A stretch of 64,000 nt of DNA from Chrysomallon squamiferum (Eukaryota; Animalia; Mollusca). The translations under genes and the position numbers were made by a program. The notes under the pieces are model-generated. The model was not told the DNA's origin and made no database searches. It worked only from the letters and a program-made list of their open reading frames with translations. The DNA is taken from assembly GCA_012295275.1 (NCBI GenBank), contig CM022668.1:310001-374000 (forward strand), given 5' to 3'. Shown here in pieces: positions 27,261-42,121 of the stretch (its first letter is position 1; the number at the start of each line of letters is the position of its first letter).

Positions 27261-29319
27261 GTCTCTGCCAAGTCTGAGTGTTTTTTTTTCATTGCTTTCA
27301 ATTAGTAAAATAAAAAAGATATATTATAATCTGTGAATGCAGCATACTGTCAGAAGGGTAAATGGTATCATGATTTCAGCTGCAAACAGATTAATATTAA
27401 TTATTACTTTCTGAATGATTGAATCTTTTCATTAACAGTCAAATAATATAGTGTCCCTTTGTTCTGACTTTGCATCTATTGATCATGTTTTCTTTGTTTT
27501 AGCTTGGAAAGAAACAGATTCTGATAAATTAATTCATATGTTGATATAATTATTAAATGTTTTAAATACATTTACCACACATGTTCAGAATTGATCAAAT
27601 AGTCATTGTATTCATAAGTGAATGTTCAAAGTTTATTTCCCATAAAACTCATGGTATTCATATGTGGATCCTTAAAGTTCATTTCCGACTAGGGTTACTG
27701 TATGTGCTAAAGGTTTATTTTCTGTAATAGTCATCTTATTTATGGATGAATGTTCAAAGTTTTATAACTGTTCACTTTGTTATATAAAAATCATTTGTAA
27801 ATTTCTTTGCATTGCCAAATTTGGAAATAAAAGTACTCCAGTTTTGTTCAATCTTTTTAAATTGCTGTCACATCAGTAATGTGGATATGTGTGAAATATA
27901 CCATTTTATGATGATTTTTGTCAATGATTGCTAGTGACAAAAAGTTAGTATGTTTACAAGTGTATCGTCTTACATTGTGCTTAAATAATTTCTTAAAATG
28001 ATGTAAACATTTAGATATTAATCATATTAAAAGGACAAAATATAAAGTTAATAAGTTCTGGTAATATGAAGTTAGTATGTTAAAAATTTAAGAGTAGGCA
28101 ACATGCAGTTAAAGACCAATTGAATGGATTGTAAAGGTTTTTAAATTGTATGTCACTTTATTGAAGAACAATGAATGTAACAAAAATAGACAGGATGTAA
28201 TTATGAGAAAATGACATATGGTACACATCCAGTGTTGGGGACTTGGGTTTGTTTTGTTTTTCTCACAGAAACTGGGATATTTTGAGAAGCCTTGATGCAT
28301 AATGCTTTGGATTTTGGATTTCTTTTTAGGTTTTGTAATATAGGGATAGACAGAAAAGGATCTAAATCAATATATAGATTTTATATATATTTTTTATACA
28401 TATGTCATGTAATAATAGCAGGAATCTGTCATAAATATAAAGCTCTGATAAATTTTCAGGTTTTAAAACTTTGGATAAGGGATCATAAACTTGTAATACA
28501 CCTGAATGTCATAATATATGATTATTTTACACATGAGCTATACAAAACATACCCATTATTATTGATGTTCAGAATATTGACATTTCTTCTGATGCACAGT
28601 TATATTCTGTATTTTCATTTCTTGACTAATGAATTTTATAGAATAGTCATTTTCAAATTAAGCCAGCAGACATTGCGATCTCTGTGTGCATGTACACAAT
28701 TTTAAAACATAACTATCAAAATAGGACTTTTTTTTATTTTGAAGTAACTAAAGGTGTGTTTTGTTAATATCTGTATATATATATTGTAGATATTTAAATA
28801 AACCAATGTTGTTGTTTTTTATTAATATTTTTAATTTTTTTTAAACAGAACTGTTGGAAAGTAGTTTAAAATTATTTTGTTAAAGTTACTAATTGTGATG
28901 TTACTTTTATGTTTATTACAATAGATGTATATGTGTGGGAAGCATGGACTTTATGAAAATAACAGCACTTCTTTGTTTTTTCATTTTATTATAATAAATG
29001 CAATGCTTTCTGTTTAAACATGTTTTTACTAAATGTATTTAATATTATCACTATAACTGTTATGAATAAGAGGTTAAAATAAATAAAATTAAACATGACC
29101 ATTCAAATCTTTTACATTCATTATGTACTACTTTAAATGATTTCAGATAAGTGGTAAAAGTAATACTGTTAATATAATATATTGAAGTCATGCATTGAAA
29201 GAGCATCTATAATAAATAATTTTTAATTTTTAATTTTGCAGGTTTAGTGAGTAAACGAGATACAGAAATAATTGGCTGACTAATAGAGGCTTACTTACTA
29301 AGAACAACTTCTATAAGCC

Positions 29320-31130
29320 ATGGCAGGCAGAGGTGGGGCTCAGCGCCCAAATGGGGCCACACAGGGCAAGATATGTCAGTTTAAATTAGTTCTTCTTGGA
29401 GAATCTGCTGTGGGCAAGTCCAGTTTGGTTCTTCGATTTGTCAAAGGCCAGTTCCATGAATACCAAGAGAGTACGATAGGAGGTCAGTATGTGAAACTTA
29501 AAAAAATGAAATACTTAATTATTTAAAAGTAGAAATTAATGTTCATAATATTTGGAATGAATTTATTAAAATGTTAGAAGAACAAATTAGCATTCAGTGT
29601 TTTTAAATTTTATTTATATTTCAGAAATTTTAAGAATTTTATTAAAGGTGTTTTAAATCAAGTTCAATAAATATTATGATTATTTGGTAATTCTTTTTGC
29701 ATTTGAGAATTGTTAACTATATATTTAAAGATAATTTTGTAATAATGTTGTTATTAAAAATTAATAATTATTTTATAATGATTGATTTTAATATAAGTTA
29801 ACAATATTTTTGTAACTGTATTTGTCAGCTGCATTTCTAACACAGACAGTATGTCTGGATGATACTACGGTGAAATTTGAAATCTGGGACACAGCTGGAC
29901 AAGAACGCTATCACAGTCTTGCACCTATGTACTATAGAGGTGCCCAGGCAGCAATTGTTGTATATGACATCACCAACCAGGTAATTTTCTTATCTGGTTT
30001 TCATTAGATTTGACAGTGTCAAATTATATTTATTTAGCATTTTACAAATTTCCTGTTAGATACAGATTAAATAATTTGAAACATTTAATCAAAAGTGAAA
30101 ACATGAGAAATTTTAATTTTAATAAATTACAAATGTTAATATTTTTAAGACAGTTCTCACACACTGTAACAGTTATGTATGTAATTGTATTTCACGACAG
30201 AGTTGGCTAGTATGTTTTAAATGTATGTTGTATTAAATTATCTTTATTTTCAGGACACATTTGGCCGAGCTAAGACCTGGGTTAAGGAATTACAACGTCA
30301 AGCCAGTCCTAACATTGTTATAGCTTTAGCTGGTAATAAAGCTGATTTAGCCAACAAAAGAATGGTAGAATATGAGGTCAGTTCTTCGAATCTTTCTTTT
30401 TTCACTCTTAAATATAACGAACAATTAGTTAAATAATTGTAACTAATTAATAACAAACTATTTAATGATGGAATTAAATTTTCTATTTCACTATTACTCT
30501 GTCAGGAAATAGTTACAATTACCAGCTAAAACTGTTCCTACTTGTTTCATTTATTTTTAATAAATTATTATTTTTTTTTTAATGAGGTTATAAAATATTT
30601 AGTTGTTCTTTACATTTTTATATAGGAGGCTCAAGCATATTCAGAAGAAAACAGTTTATTGTTTATGGAAACCTCAGCCAAGACTGCCATGAATGTCAAC
30701 GACATATTTTTGGCAATAGGTAAATTATTGTGGTCTACTTTCACTTTCATTTTCACTCTAGTTACATTGTTTTTGTAATTGATTGGCCACCTACTTCTTA
30801 TAAGATTACATAGGGCATTTTTATGTTATTTCTCATCAGTATCTCTTTCTCTCTGTCAGTCTGTCTGTCTCTCGTTGTATCTGTCATTCACTCATTGAGG
30901 AGGGAATAATTTTTTGAAAATTCATAAACAAACTTTCCTGTCTTTTCAAATTAGATGAAAATAAGTATTTATTTTATTGTTTGTAAGGTGTTATCAAATT
31001 ATTTAAATTTGTGTTTGTAGCCAAGAAATTACCCAAGAATGAAGGAGGTGGGCCAGTACAGCAAAGACAGCAAGGGGTACGCTTGAACAATGAACAAACC
31101 CAGCAGTCAGAAGGAGGCTGTTGCAAGTAA
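29320..31130 (+). CDS. RAB5: Ras-related protein Rab5, 213 aa
   Basis: Exons 29320-29482, 29829-29980, 30254-30376, 30626-30719, 31021-31130. Motifs [56 protein letters not shown]-terminal GGCCK. Confidence 0.98.
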
Positions 31131-32959
31131 CAAAGCTTCCCATAGGCTGGCTTCTTGTATCATGTGATCAGACTTTGGTCCAGTCAGAGATGTGTTTTTT
31201 CATTACACTATGTGATATACACCTGAATAGTTGGACGAAGCAGGAATATATAAATTAAAAAAAAAAAGAGAAGTAAAAAATAATATGGATGTTGCCATAC
31301 AAAGCAGCAAGAAGAAAAAATAAAACTGAAATAAAATGTAAAACAATAAAACAGAATGTGCACACACAACTGTGAACAAAATAATTGACTGGAAATTAAT
31401 TTTTCCAGTGAAGAACTTTGGCTTTAGGAGAGGCCATTTTGTTTCTTAAAGTATGGATGCCTATTTATTGCTGAATTTGTAAATTTAGTCTTGTCCATTG
31501 TGTGTTGATGTTTCTGTGACAACCAGGTTTGGGGGGGGACTTCATTATTATTTCATTTTTTTAGTTTATTTCTTTCTTCTTTTTTTTTCCTTTTTAGTTT
31601 TGTTTCATTAGCTACTGATTGTACATTATTACTCTCGTGACTTTTTTCTTAGGCTCACTGATTGTTTTGCATTTTTGAATATAAGATTCTTTGAAGTCTA
31701 TGGCTTTTCTGCTTAAATATTACGATAAATATTGTGAAAATTATGCATGAAGGTTGTTTATATGGCAATAATTTCACTAGCTGCAGATAATATATATTAA
31801 ATAAAATGCGATGATTTTATGTAGATTTTCCAGTTGGATTTGGACATCTTTCTTAGCATAAACAATGAATATATTAAATATTTAAATTAAGTGCAGAGTT
31901 TTAAAAAAGAACATTTCTGTTATTTTAGAACTTTAATGTTGTCTTTCACAAAATAATTACCATAATTATCATAGCAGATTATTTCAGGAAATGATTGTTT
32001 TCACAGTTGTGTCTATTAGCTCTGCTGGGGATGGGACCCTATGTCAACAAGATTTAGTCAGAATTTAATAATAGCTAGAAAAAGGTGACTGAATGCAGTG
32101 GTGATTGTCACTGGCTTTACAAAATGTTTACTGTTGTAATCGGTGAAATCATAGAAATGTAATATCTTGTTCTGTAAACATAATACCATTGTTAAAAAAT
32201 AATATTGCAAATAATGGACACATTTTTCACAAAAAAGTTTAAATCAGTACATGGATAAATCTGAAAAAATCTGATGTATGAACATGTGGTAAATATTTGC
32301 GAATTTTGAAATATATATAAAACTAATTAATTAAAAATTATGAAAATGAAATTATTATTTTTATTGATTCATTGACATTTGACAAAAAGTTGTTGAAGCA
32401 TTAAGAATTGTTTATGGCCTGAGAGAATTTCTTCAATTTTTATTTACCACTGATTGAAAATGTGTGAAACAATAGGTGTCTTAATTTTCATGATACTTAC
32501 AATCCCACCCATTAATGAGATAAAAGTACATTACTTTTCTGTCTTGATTCTGAGAAATTAGCAAAATAATTTTAATAATGTACAATCCTGCATGTTATAG
32601 AGTGGTATCCTGTATTCTGATAATGTAATAATCCTTCACATTTTAATTGTTAATGTGATATTAACTTTAATTATAAACATGGCTCTATGGTAAACATCCT
32701 GGAAATTTGCATTATAATTATTCTGGACATTTTAATATTAAAACATTATAATGTAGTAAATTTTTAAATTATGTCATTGGTAACCCATTATAATTATGAT
32801 AAATTCTTTACAGTAATACTACTATATCATTCAATCCTGATAATGCTATGAATTAGCATGTTATAAACCCTTTGTTTTAATGGTCTAATTATCTTACAGA
32901 CAATATGTGGTAACAACTTGTATACTGTAATGTTAAAGACCTACACTGTATGAGAAAAA

Positions 32960-32996
<37 letters not shown>

Positions 32997-35900
32997 ACTT
33001 TTTTTATACATTATAATTTTAATGATCCAGCAAATTGTCTGAAAATAATATTTGTTCATGCAGTAATAATTTTAGATTGATAATACCGTATGAAAAATAA
33101 AGCAAAAAGCAGCTCTGAAATAAAAATATTGAATCATTTTTTACTTGTGTGTGTGCGCACTGTACTTGATATGGCTTGTAAGTTGTATGTTACAACACAG
33201 ATTTACTAACTGCATAATAACTTTTGTCTGTTGCTGCTATCTGATCTTTTGGTGTTTAGACAATAATAATAATAATGATAATAGTTAAATCTGATTCATT
33301 TAGTAGTCTAACATAATTGAAATAAAATTGTGATTACTGAAGAGACTAATGATTTGAAGGGTGGTGATGGTAGAGGGCCAGAATCATAAGATTCATTTAT
33401 CACTGGACAGGAAGGACTTTAATTTTTTTTTTTACTTATATATAAGTCTATGCTATTTGTTATTGTTTTGGGGTTTTTTAAATTATAAGTTATTATTTTT
33501 CCTCTTTTAAGGGAACACACTGGTCGAATAATGACAAAATTTTAATATATGTTTTTTTAGTTTTTGAGATGACTATTTAGAAAATGTTCATTAAAAAATT
33601 AACTTTTTCAGATAAATGTTTCAGGTTTTTGTGAAAGGAAGTGCATATACAAAGATTAAAAAAAAATGATGAATAGTACCACCCCTATAATGGAAATATG
33701 GTTTATAAAACTTCATTTGTGTTTTTATTTATCACCTATCTTTTTTGGGGGGACTATCCTAACATTTTTGGAAAGATGCTGTATGAAAACTCTTTGTGCT
33801 TGCGTTTCCAAATTTAGAATATATATATTTAAAAACAAACAATATAAAACAACAGAAAGAAAATCTTGGGAAAAATTAACTAATCTTTTCATATAACCTT
33901 TATACAACTTTGTTTCAAAATGCAAATGAAAAATGTATTTTCTTTTTCTTCTGAAGTATCTAAACCAGTATAATGAACCCCAGCAGTTTGAATGGAATAT
34001 ATATATATATATATATGCCATTTAAACAGCCGTTGTGATAACGTAGTTTCTATTCTGTCCCCTAAAAACAATAATTATTATTATAATCATATATATTATC
34101 ATTATCATTATTATTATAAAAAAAGACCACAGAATTATTTGTTGAAATTGCATAAAACCTATTATTTTTAGATATAACTGTATTTGTGCATTTCACTCAG
34201 AATATAATCATTAACAAAAATAAAAGAAAGTACATAAATCGTTATTAGTAATTTTCATTTTAGTTCTTAATATACACATTAATATTTTGTCAGATTTCAT
34301 TCTTTTTTATGTTTTACTTAAATAATAGTAATTTTTGTTACATTTTTGAAAAGCTGGAAAAAGAATAAAAAGAATTTTGAGAAGGAATTACCAGATATAA
34401 CATTTGGTTATTTTATTACAAAGTCAAAAGAAATTTAAAATCTTTTTGTTTTAGAAGTTTTGCTAAAGAGTGCTAAATGTGCTAAAATATTTATGAGTTT
34501 GATATGATATACAAGTTTTAATTAAAAAAATCTTAAAAAAGGGAAGTAATAGCTAAAAGTTTAAATAGCAAAATAAGGAATTGTTAGACAACATACTATT
34601 CTGTACAGAGAACCAGTTGGAAAGTAAGGGAAGGAACTCTAATAAGATGATCCAGTGGGAGGAAACTTTCAAAGTTCTTAATTTTTGACTTCTTAATAAA
34701 AAAAAATCATCAATACCTCTGTAAATGGGGGTTTTTCTACTTTTTTTTTTTTTTTAAGTCTAATGATCATTAATCTTAATAAAGGTTTACACATCAATAT
34801 TCCAGTAGTGAAAAAAAAAATTTCAGTTGTTTTTTTGTCTAATTGATGAAATCTTGAATTATGAACTGTTTTGTGTTTTCTTAATTTAAAAATCTTTGTT
34901 ATTCACAACAAATATTTTAAAATAAGTTAGTTATCTGTCACAGGGTGTAATGTTTTAGTGGTTTTAATATGCCATATTTCATTGTAACTGGATTAAAATG
35001 ATCACAAATTGGTTATTATCTGATACAAGTAGAAAGGATTTGAATATCCTTTATCAACTCACAATAATAAAAACATGCATGGGTACAAATGCACACACAT
35101 TTAAAATAAAAGACAAACAGTCATGCACACATACAAACCTATTTGAGTAACATTTTTCTGTTGGCTTGAATTGTAACCAGTTAAATTTTATGGTCATTGA
35201 AGTATTTTTTGTTTAGAAATTGACTTCATTTGTTTAACATGAGAAAAAGAAATGATTTCGTATAACCCATATAATCAGAAATACATCCTATATTATATTC
35301 TTTATAATGGTCAAGGAAGTCAAAAATTATTATGTATTTTAATTGTTATTATTTATTTTTAAAATTAACAAGTGTACCACATTTGTTCAGTGTGTTTTTT
35401 TGTAATATTTTACAAAAGTATATAAACTGAGAATTAAAACAATGTTATATGGAGATAATGTATGTAAATTTTTCTAAAAACATTGATGTAATTATTACAA
35501 GTAGCAAATTCTTGACAAAAAATTCAAATAAAAGATTATATATATTTGAAATAGGAAATAATAATAATTTTAAAATCAAGAAGACAAATACTAAGATGGA
35601 AGAAATATCCACAAACTTCATTTTCAGCAGTATTTCCTCTAAATGTATAATATTGTGTCATTGTTGCTCTCTGCTTTGACACTGAACTAACTTTTTAAAT
35701 TTTCTTTTCTGTTTTTCTTTTCATTTATTTATTATAGTTATTGCAAGTTACATATTCAGAAAAATACATTGTCATTTATAATTTGTTTTTCATTTCAATA
35801 GATTTGCAACTAATATATTCTGTGTAATCTCTTCAGATAAACTGCATATTCATTTGAATAATTGCTATGACTTCTGCCATTAATATAACAACTACAGAGT

Positions 35901-38099
35901 TGAATGTTTGCTGTTTGAATAATAAAGAATGCTTTGAAAATAATGGTGATGGTATTAGTCTGAAGAGTATTATAAGAGGTTATAAATGGAGATTTAAAAA
36001 TTAATTTCATTGTTAATGTTTGGTTGTAAAGATAAAAATTATTTTGTTCATTTACAATTTTTTTTTATTTTATTTTTTTTATTTTTTGTCTTCTGTTGTT
36101 TGACACCATGTTTATGTAAATTATTGTACATACAAAAAAATTGTATTTTGTGTATAATACATAGGTTAAGTTTTATGTTTTTAGGTGTGAAAGAGTTAAT
36201 AAAATGAAATATTAATTTAAAGAGAGATCACTAAAGTTTAAACTATTTAATTAAAGAAATTAGTGTTGAGTTATATATATATATATTTAAAATTGGTTGG
36301 TGAATTTTAATTTATCCTGAATTTTGTTAATTTTTAATTTTATTTATTTTAATTTAATTTTTTTGTAAATTGTAAGACTTATTTTTAAAAATTGAGATTT
36401 AAAATAATAAAACAGTTAAAACTACAAGCTAGACACAGTATATGAATGTAAATGCTTGCATAGCTTAAATATGCAGATTTATAGAAAAAAAAGAAAAGAA
36501 TTTAAATGGATTTACCAGCAATGCAAGCTGTTAATTAATAATTGTAAAATATTTATTTTCACTTGTATTTTGTGTTGGACAAAAAATTAAGGAAATAATC
36601 TTTATTTAAAGTGAACTTGATATATAAAAATACATGAATAAATTCATTGTAAAATATAATGAAAATATATTTAAGTTTATTTATATGTGTAACATACACA
36701 GAAACATGGGTATAGTTGTTCAAATTAAAATTGTAATGAAATTATTAAAATGTACTTTAGGTAATACATGCCTGATATACAAATCTTGCTGTTCCAAATA
36801 TTACATGAAAACAGTAGTTGAATGTGTGTGCACTTAAAGAGATGATGTATGGATATCTTCAATAGATACTAATGGCACTTAAGTACATTATAACCATAAT
36901 AGATAACATTACATACATATGCTCACTTGTCTTAAATGTGGTACTAACAACGTGAGATAACAGATACGCAGACAGATACATCCTTTTAGAATTATATATT
37001 TGTTAAATATTCCTGACAAAAATAATTGCTTTTATCTGAAAAATATTCAACCATGAAGAATTTTTATTTTATTATACACAGTTAAAACTTAGAATATTGA
37101 ATGTTTTTCCTTCAGTTTTCTTTTTTATTCTTTTAAGACAATTTTTCTTTATTGATAAATATGAGTAGGGTGAATAATGAAATAGGTTTTTCAAATTGTT
37201 GATGAGAAATTATGACATTTAAATTGACTTGCTGGCTATGTATATATTGATGTAAAATTTTAAAATGTCATTTTCTGTATTCAGTGTCTTGTAAATGTGA
37301 CATTTCTCCTTTTCTTTTTTGTTCCTCGAGTCTAAATTAAATTGGTGAATATATATCATTAATTAGTAGTTTCCATTTATATGGAACTATATATATATAT
37401 TTTTTTTTTTTAAGAATAATTACAAAATGTTTCATTTAACGAGTTATTATGATTATTATTATTATTATTATATATTATATATTATTAATGTTACAGGTAT
37501 GTGAAAGGTACACCTTGTTTTTGTTTTCCATGTACATGTATAAATATAATCTTTGTACATAACTTCATCTGTGAAACTCACAAAAATAAAAGTATGTGAA
37601 TGCTGTCTGTACATGATAATATAAAATACTTTTCTGGTTTACACCCAGAAACATAGAAATAAAAGTCACTAATAAGGAAATTGGGTTACATTTTCTTTGT
37701 GTATCTCGATGTAGGGTGTGTGTGTGCGCGTGTGTGTGTGTATCATTTTATTTTTTTATTTTATTTGTTTTTAGAAATGGGGAATGGAGATTGTGAAAGA
37801 ATGTTTTTTCTATTGTCAGTATATTAAAGGAAATTGACAAAGATTTGAGAAATACCCAAGTAATAAAATTCACTCGTTCGTTCATTCGATTCCCCACAGT
37901 GCTAATCCCAGTTCTTAAAAGGTAAGTTAGTTATTACTAAAAAATAATAAATAAAGAAATGATGATAATTAAAACAATTATAACTAGTACTGCTACCACT
38001 AGTAATAATAACCACTTGTACTTATAATTAATTAATAAAATATTAGTAGTAATGGTTGTAATTTTATCACTTACTTATTAAATAGTTACTATTTTTAGC

Positions 38100-38467
38100 A
38101 CGAGTGTGACGTAATTTGAATCGTGTCACTTTCTGCTCGTGTGGTTTCCACAGAAGCCGCTTGTTCCGGTATGAAGTTCGCAAACTGCGACAGCTATTTT
38201 AGGAGATAAACGTCTAGTTTTTGTTAACACATGACAGACTAAACTTTTAAAAGTAATTTACTATATACTGGATCAAGTGTGCTGCGGTGTAGACGAAACG
38301 AACTCACATAATTTGCAGAAGAAAACGTTTAAAACGTGTTTGTCTTATTTGTTTATTTCAAAGGGGGCGGATCTGGCTGATTCGTGTACTGTGGATGATA
38401 AAGTATCAGTGGAAGTTCTGACAAGTCATCAAGACAGAAACAAATGAAGATGAAATGTCATTGTTAA
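38100..38467 (+). promoter_or_regulatory. Putative promoter and non-coding first exon of the Rab5 paralog
   Basis: CpG-richer patch with TGACGTAA (~38107), TTCCGG (~38164) and GGGGCGG (~38364); donor AA|GTATGT at 38467/38468; matching acceptor TTTCAG at 39806, upstream of the ATG. Confidence 0.5.
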
Positions 38468-39752
38468 GTATGTTTTTTTTTTTTTTTTTTTTTTTTTTTT
38501 GAGTATTAGATTAAATAGGTCCATTAAGACATTTTGTAATGTAGATATTTTATCATTGTTTTATGTGCCAGTGTTTTGTAATGAAATGATGATGATAATC
38601 ATCATCATGATGACTGACAACGACTAAATCATTGCGACATTATTATTATTATTTATTATTATTATTATTAGAGATGATATTGTTTGAACAAGCTCACTAT
38701 CCAAAGGTATAGTTTTGAAACAACATACATTACATAAAAGATTTCTGTTACTTATCTATGCGCGTCCATTTCGATTTTTCTTCTACGCATAATGAAACTA
38801 ATATTACAGTGAAAAATCATTTCATTACTATAATGGTACTCCTGGATACTCCACTGGAATGTTTATTTTTGTGTGTTGTGTGTGTGTGTGTTGTGTGTGT
38901 GAAACAGCGAGAGAATATGAGTGCGTGCGAGAGCATACATGTAGCTTTATATGCATATATTTCCTTTCTATCTCTTTCTCTTTCCATATGTATGCGCGTA
39001 TGTTCAAGAATGTGAACAGATTTCGCAGTTGTAAAAGTTACCTTGATCCGTGGTATCCGATATTACAAATCACCATATTAGAAAGACGTGAGTCACACTC
39101 ACATGTCAGTCTGTACAGAATTTAAATTGCTTACATTATGATGTGACTTGATATCTAGTTGTAAAGTAAGCGTCCTGACTGATTAGGAATGAGTTCTTAT
39201 TTAATAATAATAATAAAAATAATAAGACGAAGAAGAAGAAGATGAATAACAATTACAACAACGATAATAATAGTAGTAGTAATAGTAGGGGCAATAGCAG
39301 TCGTCGTCGTCGTCGTTGTCGTAGTAGTAGTAGTAGTAATAATAATAATAATCAAAACAATAAGAACAACGGTAATAGTAGTACCAGTAATAATAGTAGT
39401 GGTGGTGGAAGAAATCACGGTAGTAGTAGAGATAGTTTTATAAAGATCGATCAATAAAATAGAGGGATTTCACAATTAACCGCTTAAGTGATCAATTAAT
39501 GTCTTATGAAAGTATAACAGGGGAGGCATCAAGTTGTTGGTTATATTTAATTTATAAGGTGACTGGTACATTTTTCATTTCTTTTTGTACGGCTAAATTA
39601 CATATATAGTCACACCTTCATAGCTTTTCTTTTAGCATGTGAATTCATCATAGTTGTTGAAGTTTGTATTGTAATTATCACCAGTGTCCCCCATCATCAA
39701 CATCAACGTCATCATTTATTTATTTATTATTATTATTATTTGATTTTTATTA

Positions 39753-39801
<49 letters not shown>

Positions 39802-39834
39802 TTCAGAATAATTGGTTTTCTGTTTGAATTTCCA

Positions 39835-40423
39835 ATGAGTGGAAGAGAAAATAAACCAGTTCAAAGATCCTCGCAGCAGACGAGTGGTGGCGGAAAAACG
39901 CAGCATGTTAAACTAGTGTTGCTAGGCGACCAGGGAGTAGGGAAATCCAGTATTGCTCTCCGCTTTGTTAGGGGAGAGTTTCTCGAAAACAATGAGGCTA
40001 CGATTGGAGGTAAGGAAAGCATTTATAATCTGTTGTGAAGGGAGACATCTTTGTTTAACTGGAGATAATTAATTACCCGTTACTTCTAGCAAACAATTAT
40101 TAATTACTTGTAAGAACGTTAATTTCCAGATATGAATACTGGTGCAGGTAAATTTTATTTATTTATTTATGATTAATATTATTATTATGTTGTTCTTGTT
40201 GTTTTTTAGCCGCATTTCTTACGCAGACAACAACTGTGAAAAATCACTTTATTAAATTTGATATCTGGGACACAGCAGGTCAGGAACGTTATCACAGCCT
40301 CGCTCCAATGTATTACCGTGGAGCACAGGCAGCTGTCGTTGTTTACGATGTCAACAGTGCTGTAAGTGTATTGTGAATACTTTTCATTTCTGTTATTACC
40401 ACTTTTACTACTTCATTCAACTA

Positions 40424-40467
<44 letters not shown>

Positions 40468-41785
40468 CCCTTCGAACTATTACATGCTTGACTACGATTG
40501 CTGTTAATATGCATACTGTTATTATTTTGTAGTCATATTGTTTTTGTTACAGTTGTAGATACTATAAAAAATATAAAAATGACTTACATCTCACAGTTAA
40601 AATATAGCTATTGTTGATGTCAATAAATAATGAAAGGGTGGTACAGTCGCAGGTAAAAAGTAAACTAAATTATTATTATTATTATTAATATTATTTTATA
40701 GAGCACATTTAACAGAGCAATGAACTGGATATCGGAATTACGTCAACAGGCTAACTCGCAAATCATCATCGTTTTGGCTGGAAACAAGGCGGACATTGCC
40801 GGATCTAGCCGAGCCGTCATAACTGAGGTTTGAGATGAATGTAAAAGATCCCTTGTAACTGACTGAAATGTAGCTCATTGTATGGAGGCAGCGACTCGAT
40901 TTCTCTCATTATCTGTGTATCCCCCAATAATATAAATGACACAAAATAACCAAAATCTGTTAGGTTCTAGTTAAATAGAACGTTTCTTTTTCCCTTGTCT
41001 TTTCTCTTTTCTCTCTTTTCTTTCACTCACCTATGTATTTGTCTGGCTGTCTTCCTTTGTGTTTGTCTGCCTAGCTACGTATTGTCTACCCATCCATCCA
41101 TTCATTCCTGCCACCTGTGTGTGTGTGTGTGTATCTTTCTTTTTTCTTGATTGCAGGATGCTCGAGCATTTGCAGAAGACAATGGTTTGATGTTCATCGA
41201 AACTAGCGCAAAAACTGGAATGGGAATTAATGAAATATTTCTGAGTATAGGTGAGTTACATCAGTTATGTACTCCTCCACTGATTAACACAAGTCTAAGG
41301 ACAAGAAAATCTCACTGAAGACACTAATAGCCGTTAATATTATAATATTGATTAAATAGTGATCGTGAAAAATTAGTTCAAAACACTGTTTTGTGTTTGT
41401 GTTTCTTTCTTCTTTTTTCAAAATGTATATATTTATTTATAAATTTAATTTTAGAAGAATTAATTAATGGATTTTGTTTTATGTTTTTCTTTTTCTTTTC
41501 TATGTTATTATTATTATTTTATGGTTTCTTGATTTTTTTCCTTTTTTTTGTGTGAGTGTGTGTGTTTTTATTGATACATGAGTATATTTTTATATGTTAA
41601 CGGCTAGTAAGAATTTAGTCATGTTATTTTGAAAACTGAAAATTGTCAGCAACAATTCAGTGATCTTTGAATAATGTTAATGGTTGGAACCAGAAACAGC
41701 CATTTCTTCTCAGGCAAGTATTCTTACCATAATCAGTATTCCATTTTGTGTTATTTGATGTTCATTCAATCGAGTCTACTGAATA

Positions 41786-41846
<61 letters not shown>

Positions 41847-42121
41847 TAAAGGTTTTGTGAAAGATTCATCTTAAAGGCTTTTTCAGACATCCATCTTTCC
41901 ATCTCCAAATATCCATCCATCCATCAATACATTCTTCATATTTTTTTGTGTGGGTATCTGTCTTTCTGTCCATACAAATGTTGTTAATTAATTTGAATAT
42001 TTTAGCACACAAACTGGCCTATTGCTTGGAACAAGGATTACTTCGTGACGGTGGTAAACGGGACGGTGTTAGATTACAAAGGCATGGACACGAAGACAAA
42101 TCAAGATCCGGATGTTGCTGA
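39835..42121 (+). CDS. Divergent Rab5-like GTPase (tandem paralog), 220 aa
   Basis: Exons 39835-40009, 40210-40361, 40702-40827, 41157-41250, 42006-42121; open frame. Motifs [49 protein letters not shown]-terminal SGCC. Same intron positions and phases as the neighbouring Rab5. Confidence 0.95.
40842..40992 (+). mobile_element. Degenerate SINE 3' fragment in a Rab5-like intron
   Basis: TAAAAGATCCCTTG...GTAGCTCAT...TCTCTCATTATCTGTG...GTTAAATAGAACGTTTC resembles, from memory, a common mollusc SINE body and tail; not verifiable here. Confidence 0.35.
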
